Source: Variovorax sp. ZS18.2.2 (GTDB lineage: Bacteria > Pseudomonadota > Gammaproteobacteria > Burkholderiales > Burkholderiaceae_C). Taken from it: a DNA stretch of 24,000 nucleotides. Location of the stretch: the NCBI RefSeq assembly GCF_024701975.1, contig NZ_JANLNM010000007.1, positions 314,024 to 338,023 of the forward strand, read 5' to 3'. Shown here one piece after another: positions 17,426 to 24,000 of this stretch. Each line of letters begins with the position of its first letter. Positions within the stretch are counted from its first letter, which is position 1. The position numbers were made by a program, and so were the translations under genes. The notes under the pieces are model-generated. The model did not search any database and was not told the origin of the DNA. It worked only from the letters and a program-made list of their open reading frames with translations.

Positions 17426-19477
17426 ATGACCACCCTACAAAGCTACATCGCCGGCCGCTGGATCGGCAAAGAGAGCGCGCAGCAACTGCGCAGCGCCATC
17501 AACGGCCAGCCCGTGGCCAGCACGCACGCCGAAGCCATCGACTTCGCCGAAGCGCTGCAGTACGCACGCCGCACCGGCATCCCCGCGCTCATGAAGCTCG
17601 ACTTCCAGCAGCGCGCCGAACGACTGAAGGCGCTGGCCAAGTACCTCGCCGCGAACAAGGAAACGCTCTATGCGATCTCGGCCCATACGGGCGCCACACG
17701 CGCCGACAGCTGGATCGACATCGAAGGCGGCGCCGGCACGCTGAGCGCCTACGCCGGCATCGGCTCCAACGAGCTGCCCTCAGGCAACCTCGTGCACGAA
17801 GGCCCGGCCTTCCCGCTCGGCAAGAAGGGCGGCTTCGCGGGCACGCACATCCTGGTGCCGCGCGGCGGCGTGGCGGTGCACATCAACGCCTTCAACTTTC
17901 CGGTGTGGGGCCTGCTGGAGAAATTTGCGCCCAGCTTCCTCGCGGGCATGCCGTGCATCGGCAAGCCGGCCTCGGCCACCAGCTACCTCACCGAGGCTGC
18001 GGTGCGGCTCATCGTGCAGTCGGGCATCCTGCCCGAGGGCAGCCTGCAGCTGGTGATCGGCGGCACGGGCGACCTGCTCGATCGCCTCGAAGGGCCGGAC
18101 GTGGTCACCTTCACCGGTTCGGCCGATACCGCGGCCAAGCTGCGCGTGCATCCGAACCTGGTGCGCCAGTCGATCCCGTTCAACGCCGAGGCCGACTCGC
18201 TCAACTGCGCGATCCTCGCGCCCGATGTGACGCCCGACGACGAGGAGTTCGATCTCTTCGTGAAGGAAGTGGCGCGCGAGATGACGACCAAGGCAGGCCA
18301 GAAGTGCACCGCGATCCGCCGCGCGATCGTGCCGCGCCAGCACCTCGATGCGGTGGCCGAGCGCCTGCGCGCGCGGCTCGCGAAAACGGTCATCGGCGAT
18401 CCGTCGCGTGAAGAGGTGCGCATGGGCGCCCTCGCCTCGCATGCGCAGCAGGTCGATGTGGCCGAGCGCGTGGCCACGCTGCTGCAGGGCGCCGAGCTGG
18501 TCTACGGCGAGCGCGACGGCTTCTCGCCCGTGGGCGACGGCGTGAGCGAAGGCGCCTTCTTCGCGCCCACGCTGCTGCTGAGCCGCAAACCCCTCGAACA
18601 CGATGCCGCACACGACGTCGAGGCCTTCGGCCCCGTCAGCACGCTGATGCCTTATGACGGCATCGACGAAGCGTTGGCGCTCGCCGCTCGCGGCCGCGGC
18701 AGCCTCGTCGGCACGCTGGTCACGCGCGATCCGGCCGTCGCGGCCAAGGCCATTCCTGTCGCTGCCGCATGGCACGGTCGCCTGCTGGTGCTCGACCGCG
18801 AAGCCGCCACCGAATCGACCGGCCACGGCTCGCCGCTGCCGCAGCTCAAGCACGGCGGCCCCGGCCGCGCGGGCGGCGGCGAAGAACTGGGCGGCCTGCG
18901 TGCCGTGAAGCACTACCTGCAGCGCGCCGCGGTGCAGGGCTCGCCCACCATGCTGGCCGCGATCACCGGCGAGCACGTGCGCGGCGCGGCCGTGCGCGAG
19001 AGCGATGTGCATCCGTTCCGCAGCTACTTCGAAGACCTGCGCATCGGCGACTCGCTGCTCACCCACCGCCGCACCGTCGGCGAGGCCGACATCGTGGCCT
19101 TCGGCGGCATCTCGGGCGACTATTTCTACATGCACTTCGACGAGGTCGCGGCGAAGGAGTCGCCCTTCGGCAAGCGCATCGCGCACGGCTACTTCGTGCT
19201 GTCGGCGGCCGCGGGCCTGTTCGTCTCGCCCGCGCCGGGCCCGGTGCTCGCCAACTACGGCCTGGACACGCTGCGCTTCGTCAAGCCCGTGGGCATCGGC
19301 GACACCATCCGCGCGCGCCTGACCTGCAAGCGCAAGATCGACCGCAACAAGAAGGATGCGAGCGGCCAGGGTCAGGGCGTGGTGGCCTGGGACGTGGAGG
19401 TGACGAACCAGGATGGCGACGTGGTCGCGAGCTACGATATCCTGACGCTCGTCTCCAAGAAACCAGAAACCACCTGA
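17426..19477 (+). CDS. paaZ: Bifunctional oxepin-CoA hydrolase / 3-oxo-5,6-dehydrosuberyl-CoA semialdehyde dehydrogenase PaaZ (ALDH domain plus MaoC hotdog domain)
   Basis: The ATG at 17426 gives 683 aa, collinear with E. coli PaaZ: GATRADSWIDIEGG, VAVHINAFNFPVWGLLEK, EMTTKAGQKCTAIRR, STGHGSPLPQLKHGGPGRAGGGEELGGLRAVKHY.QR.AVQGSPTMLAAI, and the C-terminal MaoC region ADIVAFGGISGDYFYMHFD...HGYFVLSAAAGLF. Confidence 0.95.
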   Translation: MTTLQSYIAGRWIGKESAQQLRSAINGQPVASTHAEAIDFAEALQYARRTGIPALMKLDFQQRAERLKALAKYLAANKETLYAISAHTGATRADSWIDIEGGAGTLSAYAGIGSNELPSGNLVHEGPAFPLGKKGGFAGTHILVPRGGVAVHINAFNFPVWGLLEKFAPSFLAGMPCIGKPASATSYLTEAAVRLIVQSGILPEGSLQLVIGGTGDLLDRLEGPDVVTFTGSADTAAKLRVHPNLVRQSIPFNAEADSLNCAILAPDVTPDDEEFDLFVKEVAREMTTKAGQKCTAIRRAIVPRQHLDAVAERLRARLAKTVIGDPSREEVRMGALASHAQQVDVAERVATLLQGAELVYGERDGFSPVGDGVSEGAFFAPTLLLSRKPLEHDAAHDVEAFGPVSTLMPYDGIDEALALAARGRGSLVGTLVTRDPAVAAKAIPVAAAWHGRLLVLDREAATESTGHGSPLPQLKHGGPGRAGGGEELGGLRAVKHYLQRAAVQGSPTMLAAITGEHVRGAAVRESDVHPFRSYFEDLRIGDSLLTHRRTVGEADIVAFGGISGDYFYMHFDEVAAKESPFGKRIAHGYFVLSAAAGLFVSPAPGPVLANYGLDTLRFVKPVGIGDTIRARLTCKRKIDRNKKDASGQGQGVVAWDVEVTNQDGDVVASYDILTLVSKKPETT

Positions 19478-20235
19478 TGTTCGATCTCACGGGAAAAGTC
19501 GCGCTCGTCACCGGCGGCAACGGCGGCATCGGCCTTGGCATGGCGCAGGGCCTCGCGAAGGTCGGTGCGCGCGTCATCGTCGCGGCGCGCAATGCACAGA
19601 AATCGGCCGCCGCGGTCGAGGCGCTGAAGGCCTTGGGCAGCGACAGCTTCGCGCTCGAAGTTGATGTGAGCGACGAGGCCTCGGTGCAGAAGGCTTTCGA
19701 CGACGCGGCCGCGCGCTGCGGCCGGCTCGACATCCTCGTGAACAACGCCGGCACCACGGTGCGCAAGCCCGTCGACCAGCTCTCGCTGGACGAGTGGAAC
19801 AAGGTGCTGGGTACCAACCTCACGAGCGCCTTCCTCTGCAGCCGCGCCGCGCACCCGCATCTGAAGGCGGCCGGCGGCGGCAAGATCATCAACATCGGCT
19901 CGATGATGTCGATCTTCGGCGCGCCCTATGCGCCGGCCTATGCGGCGAGCAAGGCGGGCATCGTGCAGCTCACCAAGTCGACCGCGCTCTCGTGGGCGGC
20001 CGACAACATCCAGTGCAACGCGATCCTGCCCGGCTGGTTCGAGACCGAGCTCACCGATGGCGCCCGCACACAGATTCCGGGCTTGTATGACCGCGTGGTG
20101 GCCCGCGCCGCTGCCGGCCGCTGGGGCCAGCCGGCCGACATCGCCGGCACCGCGGTGTTTCTCGCGAGCCCCGCGTCCGACTACGTGACGGGCACGGCCA
20201 TTCCGGTCGACGGCGGGTTTTCTATCTCTGGCTGA
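19477..20235 (+). CDS. Short-chain dehydrogenase/reductase (FabG/KduD-like classical SDR)
   Basis: The ATG at 19477 shares its A with the paaZ stop (TGATG). Motifs TGGNGGIGLG, NNAG and YAASK. 252 aa. The track start at 18769 is spurious. Confidence 0.9.
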   Translation: MFDLTGKVALVTGGNGGIGLGMAQGLAKVGARVIVAARNAQKSAAAVEALKALGSDSFALEVDVSDEASVQKAFDDAAARCGRLDILVNNAGTTVRKPVDQLSLDEWNKVLGTNLTSAFLCSRAAHPHLKAAGGGKIINIGSMMSIFGAPYAPAYAASKAGIVQLTKSTALSWAADNIQCNAILPGWFETELTDGARTQIPGLYDRVVARAAAGRWGQPADIAGTAVFLASPASDYVTGTAIPVDGGFSISG

Positions 20236-20265
20236 AGACGGGCGGCCCGTGTAGATTCGGCCGCC

Positions 20266-20826
20266 ATGCTCTTCTGGTTCCAGATCTTCCTTCTCGTCGC
20301 CGGCACCGCCGCCCTGCTCTATGTCTCGCGCGGGCCGCTGACACAGCCCGGCTCGCACGGCTTCTACCGCTTTTTCGCGTGGGAATGCATGCTGGTGCTG
20401 ATCGTCGTGAACCTGCCGGTGTGGCATGTCGATCCGTTCTCGGCCACGCAGATTCTTTCCTGCATATTCCTGGCGCTGTCGATCTGGCTGCCGATCCACG
20501 CGGTGCGCCTGCTCAAGGCACAAGGCAAGCCGAGCGATGCGCGCAATGACGACCCGGCTCTCTATGGTTTCGAAAAGACCTCCTCGCTCGTGACCTCCGG
20601 CGCCTTCCGCTACATCCGCCACCCGATGTACACCGCGCTGATGCTCCTGGCCTGGGGGGCTTTCCTCAAGCAGTTCACCTGGCTCACGCTGGCACTGGTG
20701 CTGGCGGCCACGCTGCTCTTGGTGCTGACGGCGCTGCGCGACGAGAAGGAATGCATCGCGCATTTCGGCGACACCTACCGCGACTACATGCGCGGGACGC
20801 GGCGCTTCATTCCGTTCGTGGTGTGA
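20266..20826 (+). CDS. Membrane methyltransferase of the isoprenylcysteine carboxyl methyltransferase / phospholipid methyltransferase (ICMT/PEMT) superfamily
   Basis: 186 aa with about 5 TM segments. The C-terminal cofactor/substrate region LVTSGAFRYIRHPMYTALMLLAWG....LRDEKECIAHFGDTYRDYMRGTRRFIPF matches the ICMT-family signature (RHPxY ... E.. L...FG..Y..Y......IP). Confidence 0.8.
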   Translation: MLFWFQIFLLVAGTAALLYVSRGPLTQPGSHGFYRFFAWECMLVLIVVNLPVWHVDPFSATQILSCIFLALSIWLPIHAVRLLKAQGKPSDARNDDPALYGFEKTSSLVTSGAFRYIRHPMYTALMLLAWGAFLKQFTWLTLALVLAATLLLVLTALRDEKECIAHFGDTYRDYMRGTRRFIPFVV

Positions 20827-21125
20827 AAGCCGCCACCGTACATCGGGTCATGCTGGCACTCTGGGCCGCGGTTGCGCTCGCCTCCCTGGGTGGATGTGTG
20901 CTGGCGCCTGCCGTCGTGCGCGCCTCGCAGCAGCCGTATCACAACAGGATGGATGCGCTGGAAGAGCGCTACGTGCAACTCCGGGCCGAGCGCAAGAACC
21001 TGGTCGCGGCGCTCGAAGGCATCTCCCCGGAAGAAGGCGCGCCGCAGAGGGAGCGGCTGGCGGCGGTGAACGCTGAAATCCGGGAGGTTGCCTTGCAGCT
21101 CGATCTGCCTGTCTCCAACAAGTAG
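20823..21125 (+). CDS. Small hypothetical protein, probable lipoprotein with a helical (coiled-coil-like) mature part
   Basis: The GTG at 20823 overlaps the upstream stop (GTGTGA). The alternative start is the ATG at 20850. The leader (V/M)KAATVHRVMLALWAAVALASLGGC has a lipobox-like LGGC, and this is the only Cys in the protein. The mature part is rich in E/R/L/A heptad-like sequence (MDALEERYVQLRAERKNLVAALE...). I recognise no homolog. The part of the track ORF upstream of 20823 overlaps the methyltransferase gene. Confidence 0.5.
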   Translation: MKAATVHRVMLALWAAVALASLGGCVLAPAVVRASQQPYHNRMDALEERYVQLRAERKNLVAALEGISPEEGAPQRERLAAVNAEIREVALQLDLPVSNK

Positions 21126-21178
21126 CTGCCGGCCCGAAGGTAATATCCGCGCCTCTTCCCCGGCGCCCCGACCTCTTC

Positions 21179-21982
21179 ATGTCCTCCCCGAAACGCACGG
21201 CCTTTCCCTCCGCCGTGCAGGCCATCCTGCTGTTCGTGGCGCTGTTTCTCTGCGAACTCGTAGTCGGCGCGGCGCTCCGGGACGCCAACGGCTGGCTCGG
21301 GCTGAACCGCATGCAGCTGGGCGTACTCTCCACGGTGCTGAGCAATGGCTGCGTGTTCGCAGTGGTCATGCACTACCAGCAGCTCACCTACCGCCAGCTC
21401 TTTCACCAGTCGCCCATTTCGGCACCGGCCACGCTGATGCTGGTGGTGCCGCCGGTGCTGCTGCTCGTGCCCGCGCTGATGGTGACGGTGATGGCCGCGC
21501 TCAACCTGCTGATGTACGTTGCGCCGCTCTCGCCGTGGGAAGAATCGCTGTTCAGCCGCATGGCCGACGGCAGCGTCGCCGCCACGCTGGCGGTGTGCGT
21601 GGTGGCGCCGCTGCTCGAGGAGATGCTGTTCCGCGGCATCGTGCTGCGCGGCTTCCTGCAGCGCTATGCGCGCTGGCATGCCATCGTCGGCTCGGCCGTG
21701 CTGTTCGGGGCCGCGCACCTGAACATCTACCAGTTCCTCGTCGGGCTGGTGCTGGGCACGGTGCTCGGCTGGCTCTATGAGCGCACCCGCTCGCTCATTC
21801 CGTGCATCGCGCTGCATGCCGCCTACAACACCGGCACCATGTTCGTCGGCGACTGGCCCACGGATGCGTCGAGGGCGGACGCGGTGTGGACTTTGTTGCT
21901 GGTCGTAGTAGCGGCCGTTGTGGGCACGCTGGCCCTGCGGCGCCTGCTGGTGACGCCGGGGGCGGGCGGGCGTGGGCCCTGA
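21179..21982 (+). CDS. CPBP-family intramembrane glutamic endopeptidase (CAAX protease / Abi, Rce1-like)
   Basis: 267 aa, polytopic, with all three CPBP motifs present: EEMLFRG (motif 1, EExxxR), FGAAHL (motif 2, FxxxH) and HAAYN (motif 3, HxxxN). Confidence 0.85.
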   Translation: MSSPKRTAFPSAVQAILLFVALFLCELVVGAALRDANGWLGLNRMQLGVLSTVLSNGCVFAVVMHYQQLTYRQLFHQSPISAPATLMLVVPPVLLLVPALMVTVMAALNLLMYVAPLSPWEESLFSRMADGSVAATLAVCVVAPLLEEMLFRGIVLRGFLQRYARWHAIVGSAVLFGAAHLNIYQFLVGLVLGTVLGWLYERTRSLIPCIALHAAYNTGTMFVGDWPTDASRADAVWTLLLVVVAAVVGTLALRRLLVTPGAGGRGP

Positions 21983-22120
21983 GCCGCCAGGGCTGGCTAG
22001 CTAGTGCCCCTCCCGTTCCGTCTGGTGCACTTCACTGATATCGCTGCCTTGCAGGGTGCCTCGAGGTTGGTGCAGCGCCATACTACAACCGTCTAGATCG
22101 ACTTCTCAACGGCGGGAAAG

Positions 22121-22591
22121 ATGAAGCGTTTTTTGTATTCGTTCGTTCTTGTCGCTCTCGCAGGATGTGCGAGCAGCGGACCTATTGAAATACTCACAGA
22201 AGGTCTTGGAAGCAACCAAATAGCAACGCTAAATCCCGCACCGATGCCTGCCTCGGTGATCATGAGTATTGACGGAAGAAGGCCGGAAAACTGCTTTACC
22301 AATTGTTCGTTTTATCGTCCTGTGCGCATTCCTGCTGGCAAGCACAAAGTGAAGCTAGACCTGTACTTGCCGGGCCTTGCAAGCGATGAAAGCATGCCGA
22401 GCATTCCGACAGATCGGGTCGCAGAGGCACAGAAAACAAAATTAACGCTTGGGTCTCTATTCGTTTCGACCTTTTATATAGACGAACAGGAGTTCACATT
22501 CGACGCTGAGAAAAGCTATCAGCTAAGGTACGGATACATCAGCAAAGACCGCGAACCTTATCTGTGGTGGGAGGTAACTGAGCCACGTTAG
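22121..22591 (+). CDS. Hypothetical lipoprotein encoded on a low-GC cassette
   Basis: 156 aa. The leader MKRFLYSFVLVALAGC carries a canonical LAGC lipobox. Codon usage is AT-rich (AAA, TTT, ATT, TTA), unlike every other gene in the window. I am not confident of the family. SIDGRR...VRIPAGKHKV is reminiscent of small beta-sandwich lipoproteins such as DUF2846, but this is unverified. Confidence 0.65.
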   Translation: MKRFLYSFVLVALAGCASSGPIEILTEGLGSNQIATLNPAPMPASVIMSIDGRRPENCFTNCSFYRPVRIPAGKHKVKLDLYLPGLASDESMPSIPTDRVAEAQKTKLTLGSLFVSTFYIDEQEFTFDAEKSYQLRYGYISKDREPYLWWEVTEPR

Positions 22592-22671
22592 CAGGAGGCA
22601 ATACCCATCGGCTCCAAAAATTCCTCGGCAAGGATTTCGCCGGGGTGCGGGTACGGTACTTGGCGCGCCAT
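22588..22671 (-). pseudogene. Truncated N-terminal remnant of a HigA-family (XRE-type) antitoxin
   Basis: Too short for the ORF track. Minus-strand ATG at 22671-22669 with AGGAG 5 nt upstream (complement of 22677-22681). It translates as MARQVPYPHPGEILAEEFLEPMGIASC*. HPGEIL.EEFLEP.G. is the conserved N-terminus of HigA/VapI antitoxins. The HTH that should follow is missing, and the frame ends at TAA (22590-22588), exactly where the low-GC DNA begins. Confidence 0.6.
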
Positions 22672-22711
22672 GGACACTCCTTTTGTTCAGGCGGCCTTCG
22701 TCAGTCCATAC

Positions 22712-23320
22712 CTAAAGCCGCAACGGTGGCAGCGGCCGCGCATCCACCGCCTCGCCATCGACAATGAAGTGCCCGCCCGCCACATGGTGCAACGTGCGCA
22801 GTTCGTCATGGCCGGTGAAGTTCCAGCGCCCGTTCTCGAACACGCGCGCGTCGGCCTGTGCGGCGATCACTTCACCGAGAAAGAGGTCGTAGCGCTCCTG
22901 GATCAGCGGCTCGGGCAGCAGCCGGCATTCGAGCCAGGCGGCGCAGCCTTCGAGCAACGGCGCATCGGTGGCGGTGCCCGCGAAGGTCTGAAGGCCATAG
23001 GCTGCGAACTTGTCGTGCCCCGAGGTCTCGACGATCTCGCGGCCCGAGCTGTTGCCCAGTGCTTCGGTCAGGTCGAGCTGCGCGCGCGTAGGCACCTGCA
23101 GCGCGAAGGTGCCCGCGCCTTCGAGCAGCACGCGCGTCCAGGTGCTCTTGTCGAGCACCACGGCCACCTTGGGCGGATCGAAGTCCAGCGGCATCGCCCA
23201 GGCGGCGGCCATGATGTTGCGTTGCCCGCCATGTGCGGCGCTCACGAGAACAGTGGGGCCGTGGTTGAGCAGGCGATAGGCCTTGGCCAGCGGGACGGGG
23301 CGGCGGTGGGAGGCGTTCAT
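22712..23320 (-). CDS. Flavin reductase family protein (FMN-binding split-barrel)
   Basis: 202 aa. LLNHGPTVLVSAAHGGQRNIMAAAWAMPLDFDPPKVAVVLDKSTWTRVLLEGAGTFALQVP is typical of the flavin reductase-like domain. Confidence 0.88.
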   Translation of the reverse strand: MNASHRRPVPLAKAYRLLNHGPTVLVSAAHGGQRNIMAAAWAMPLDFDPPKVAVVLDKSTWTRVLLEGAGTFALQVPTRAQLDLTEALGNSSGREIVETSGHDKFAAYGLQTFAGTATDAPLLEGCAAWLECRLLPEPLIQERYDLFLGEVIAAQADARVFENGRWNFTGHDELRTLHHVAGGHFIVDGEAVDARPLPPLRL

Positions 23321-23437
23321 GCGCGACAGCCTATCAAAACCGATGCCGCCGGCGATGTCAGGCCGCGGTCTGCCGGAACCTGCTAGCGTGGGCGCCGTTC
23401 ACGTTCAGTCACCCGCTGCTGCAGCCCAGGGAGATCG

Positions 23438-24000
23438 ATGTCCGCACCAGTCCGCCAGGCAAGCCCCACCGCCCGCCGCCCCGGCATCGCCGACCTCGTG
23501 GCGGGCCTGTCCATCGCGGGCCTGCTGCTGCCCGAGGCCGTGGCCTATTCGGGCATCGCGGGGCTGCCGCCGCAGGCCGGCGTGATCGCGCTCTTCGCCG
23601 GGCTGCTGGTCTATGGCCTCTTCGGCAGCAGCCGCTTCGCGATCGTTTCCGCGACCTCGTCCTCGGCCGCCGTGCTGTTCGCGGCCACGACCTCGATCCC
23701 GGGTGTCGATGCCGCGACACGGCTGCTGCTGGGCGCGGGCATCGTGCTGCTGGCCGGCGTGTTCTTCGTCATCGCGGGCATCGCGAAACTCGGCGCCGTC
23801 TCGAGCCTGATCGCCAAGCCGGTGCTGCGCGGCTTCGCACTCGGCCTCGCGCTGACCATCGTGGTCAAGCAGTTGCCCAAGGTGCTGGCGGTGCAGCCGG
23901 CACACAGCGATTTCTTCCGGCTCGTGGCCGGCCTCGCCGCCGAATGGCGGCACTGGAACCTCGCCGGTGCGGCCATGGCACTGGTCGCGCTCGTGCTGCT
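23438..24000 (+). CDS. SulP-family inorganic anion (sulfate/bicarbonate-type) transporter, N-terminal part, 3' end outside the window
   Basis: Absent from the ORF track because the frame has no stop in the window. ATG at 23438. MSAPVRQASPTARRPGIADLVAGLSIAGLLLPEAVAYSGIAGLPPQAGVIALFAGLLVYGLFGSSRFAIVSATSSSAAVL...IAKPVLRGFALGLALTIVVKQLPK is typical of the SulP N-terminal membrane domain. Confidence 0.85.
   Translation, partial: MSAPVRQASPTARRPGIADLVAGLSIAGLLLPEAVAYSGIAGLPPQAGVIALFAGLLVYGLFGSSRFAIVSATSSSAAVLFAATTSIPGVDAATRLLLGAGIVLLAGVFFVIAGIAKLGAVSSLIAKPVLRGFALGLALTIVVKQLPKVLAVQPAHSDFFRLVAGLAAEWRHWNLAGAAMALVALVL

Noticed and set aside
20238-20250. Small hairpin ACGGG-CGG-CCCGT between the SDR and methyltransferase genes as a terminator.
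   Set aside because: The stem is only 5 bp with a 3-nt loop, no U-tract follows, and the next start codon is 16 nt away. It is too weak to call.
21997-22004. CTAGCTAG palindrome after the CPBP gene, considered as a possible engineered or att-like site.
   Set aside because: It is a short 8-bp palindrome with no partner copy at the other cassette boundary. It is most simply explained by chance.
22001-22081. 26-codon minus-strand ORF (MALHQPRGTLQGSDISEVHQTEREGH) on the left flank of the cassette. It starts with the same ATGGCGC as the HigA remnant, hinting at a split or duplicated higA.
   Set aside because: Beyond the first 7 nt, the ungapped nucleotide match is about 12/22, near chance for this composition. 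The peptide also lacks the HigA HTH and C-terminal signature. I do not treat it as the missing half.
22093-22302. 69-aa minus-strand ORF inside the low-GC cassette.
   Set aside because: It is antisense to the lipoprotein gene, which has a canonical signal peptide and lipobox. It has no SD or motif support.
22670-23386. 238-aa plus-strand ORF opposite the flavin reductase gene.
   Set aside because: It has no recognisable domain, whereas the minus-strand ORF has a clear flavin-reductase signature. It is a shadow ORF.
1-24000. Search for tRNA/rRNA genes, CRISPR arrays, IS elements or transposases, integrases and known defence-system genes.
   Set aside because: I could recognise none. There are no regularly spaced direct repeats, no cloverleaf-like segments, and no DDE, tyrosine or serine recombinase-like ORFs. 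The only mobile or defence-flavoured traces are the HigA remnant, the low-GC cassette and the CPBP/Abi-family gene.

Overview
High-GC DNA: one hand-counted line, 23041-23100, is 42/60 G+C. Gene content and style fit a Burkholderiales/Comamonadaceae-type betaproteobacterial chromosome, but the taxon cannot be proven from the sequence alone. The core (about 1.95-20.2 kb) is an aerobic phenylacetate (paa) catabolon. paaY and a TetR-type regulator (PaaR-like) lie on the minus strand. On the plus strand, diverging from them, lie paaG-paaI-paaK-[penicillin G acylase homolog]-paaA-B-C-D-E-[LivK/H/M-G/F-type ABC importer]-paaZ-SDR, tightly packed with several ATGA/GTGA stop-start overlaps. Two inserts stand out: a periplasmic, apparently lipid-anchored penicillin acylase, and a binding-protein-dependent importer. 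Together they suggest a route that releases phenylacetate outside the cytoplasm, imports it and activates it. Three more same-strand genes follow directly: an ICMT/PEMT-like membrane methyltransferase, a small putative lipoprotein, and a CPBP (Rce1/Abi-like) intramembrane protease with all motifs intact. I flag this triad as the most speculative but most novel-looking unit. After it comes a single-gene cassette of about 49% GC encoding an orphan lipoprotein. It abuts a previously unlisted 27-codon remnant of a HigA-family antitoxin, which suggests a small recombination or accessory hotspot. The left edge holds a partial VWA-domain gene and a TetR/SDR divergent pair with twin palindromic operators. 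The right edge holds a flavin reductase and an open-ended SulP anion transporter that the ORF track misses. An inverted pair of REP-like hairpin repeats sits between the ABC binding-protein and permease genes. I recognised no tRNA, rRNA, CRISPR array, transposase or integrase. Many long ORFs in the track are antisense or out-of-frame shadows typical of high-GC DNA, and several real genes start well inside their track ORF.
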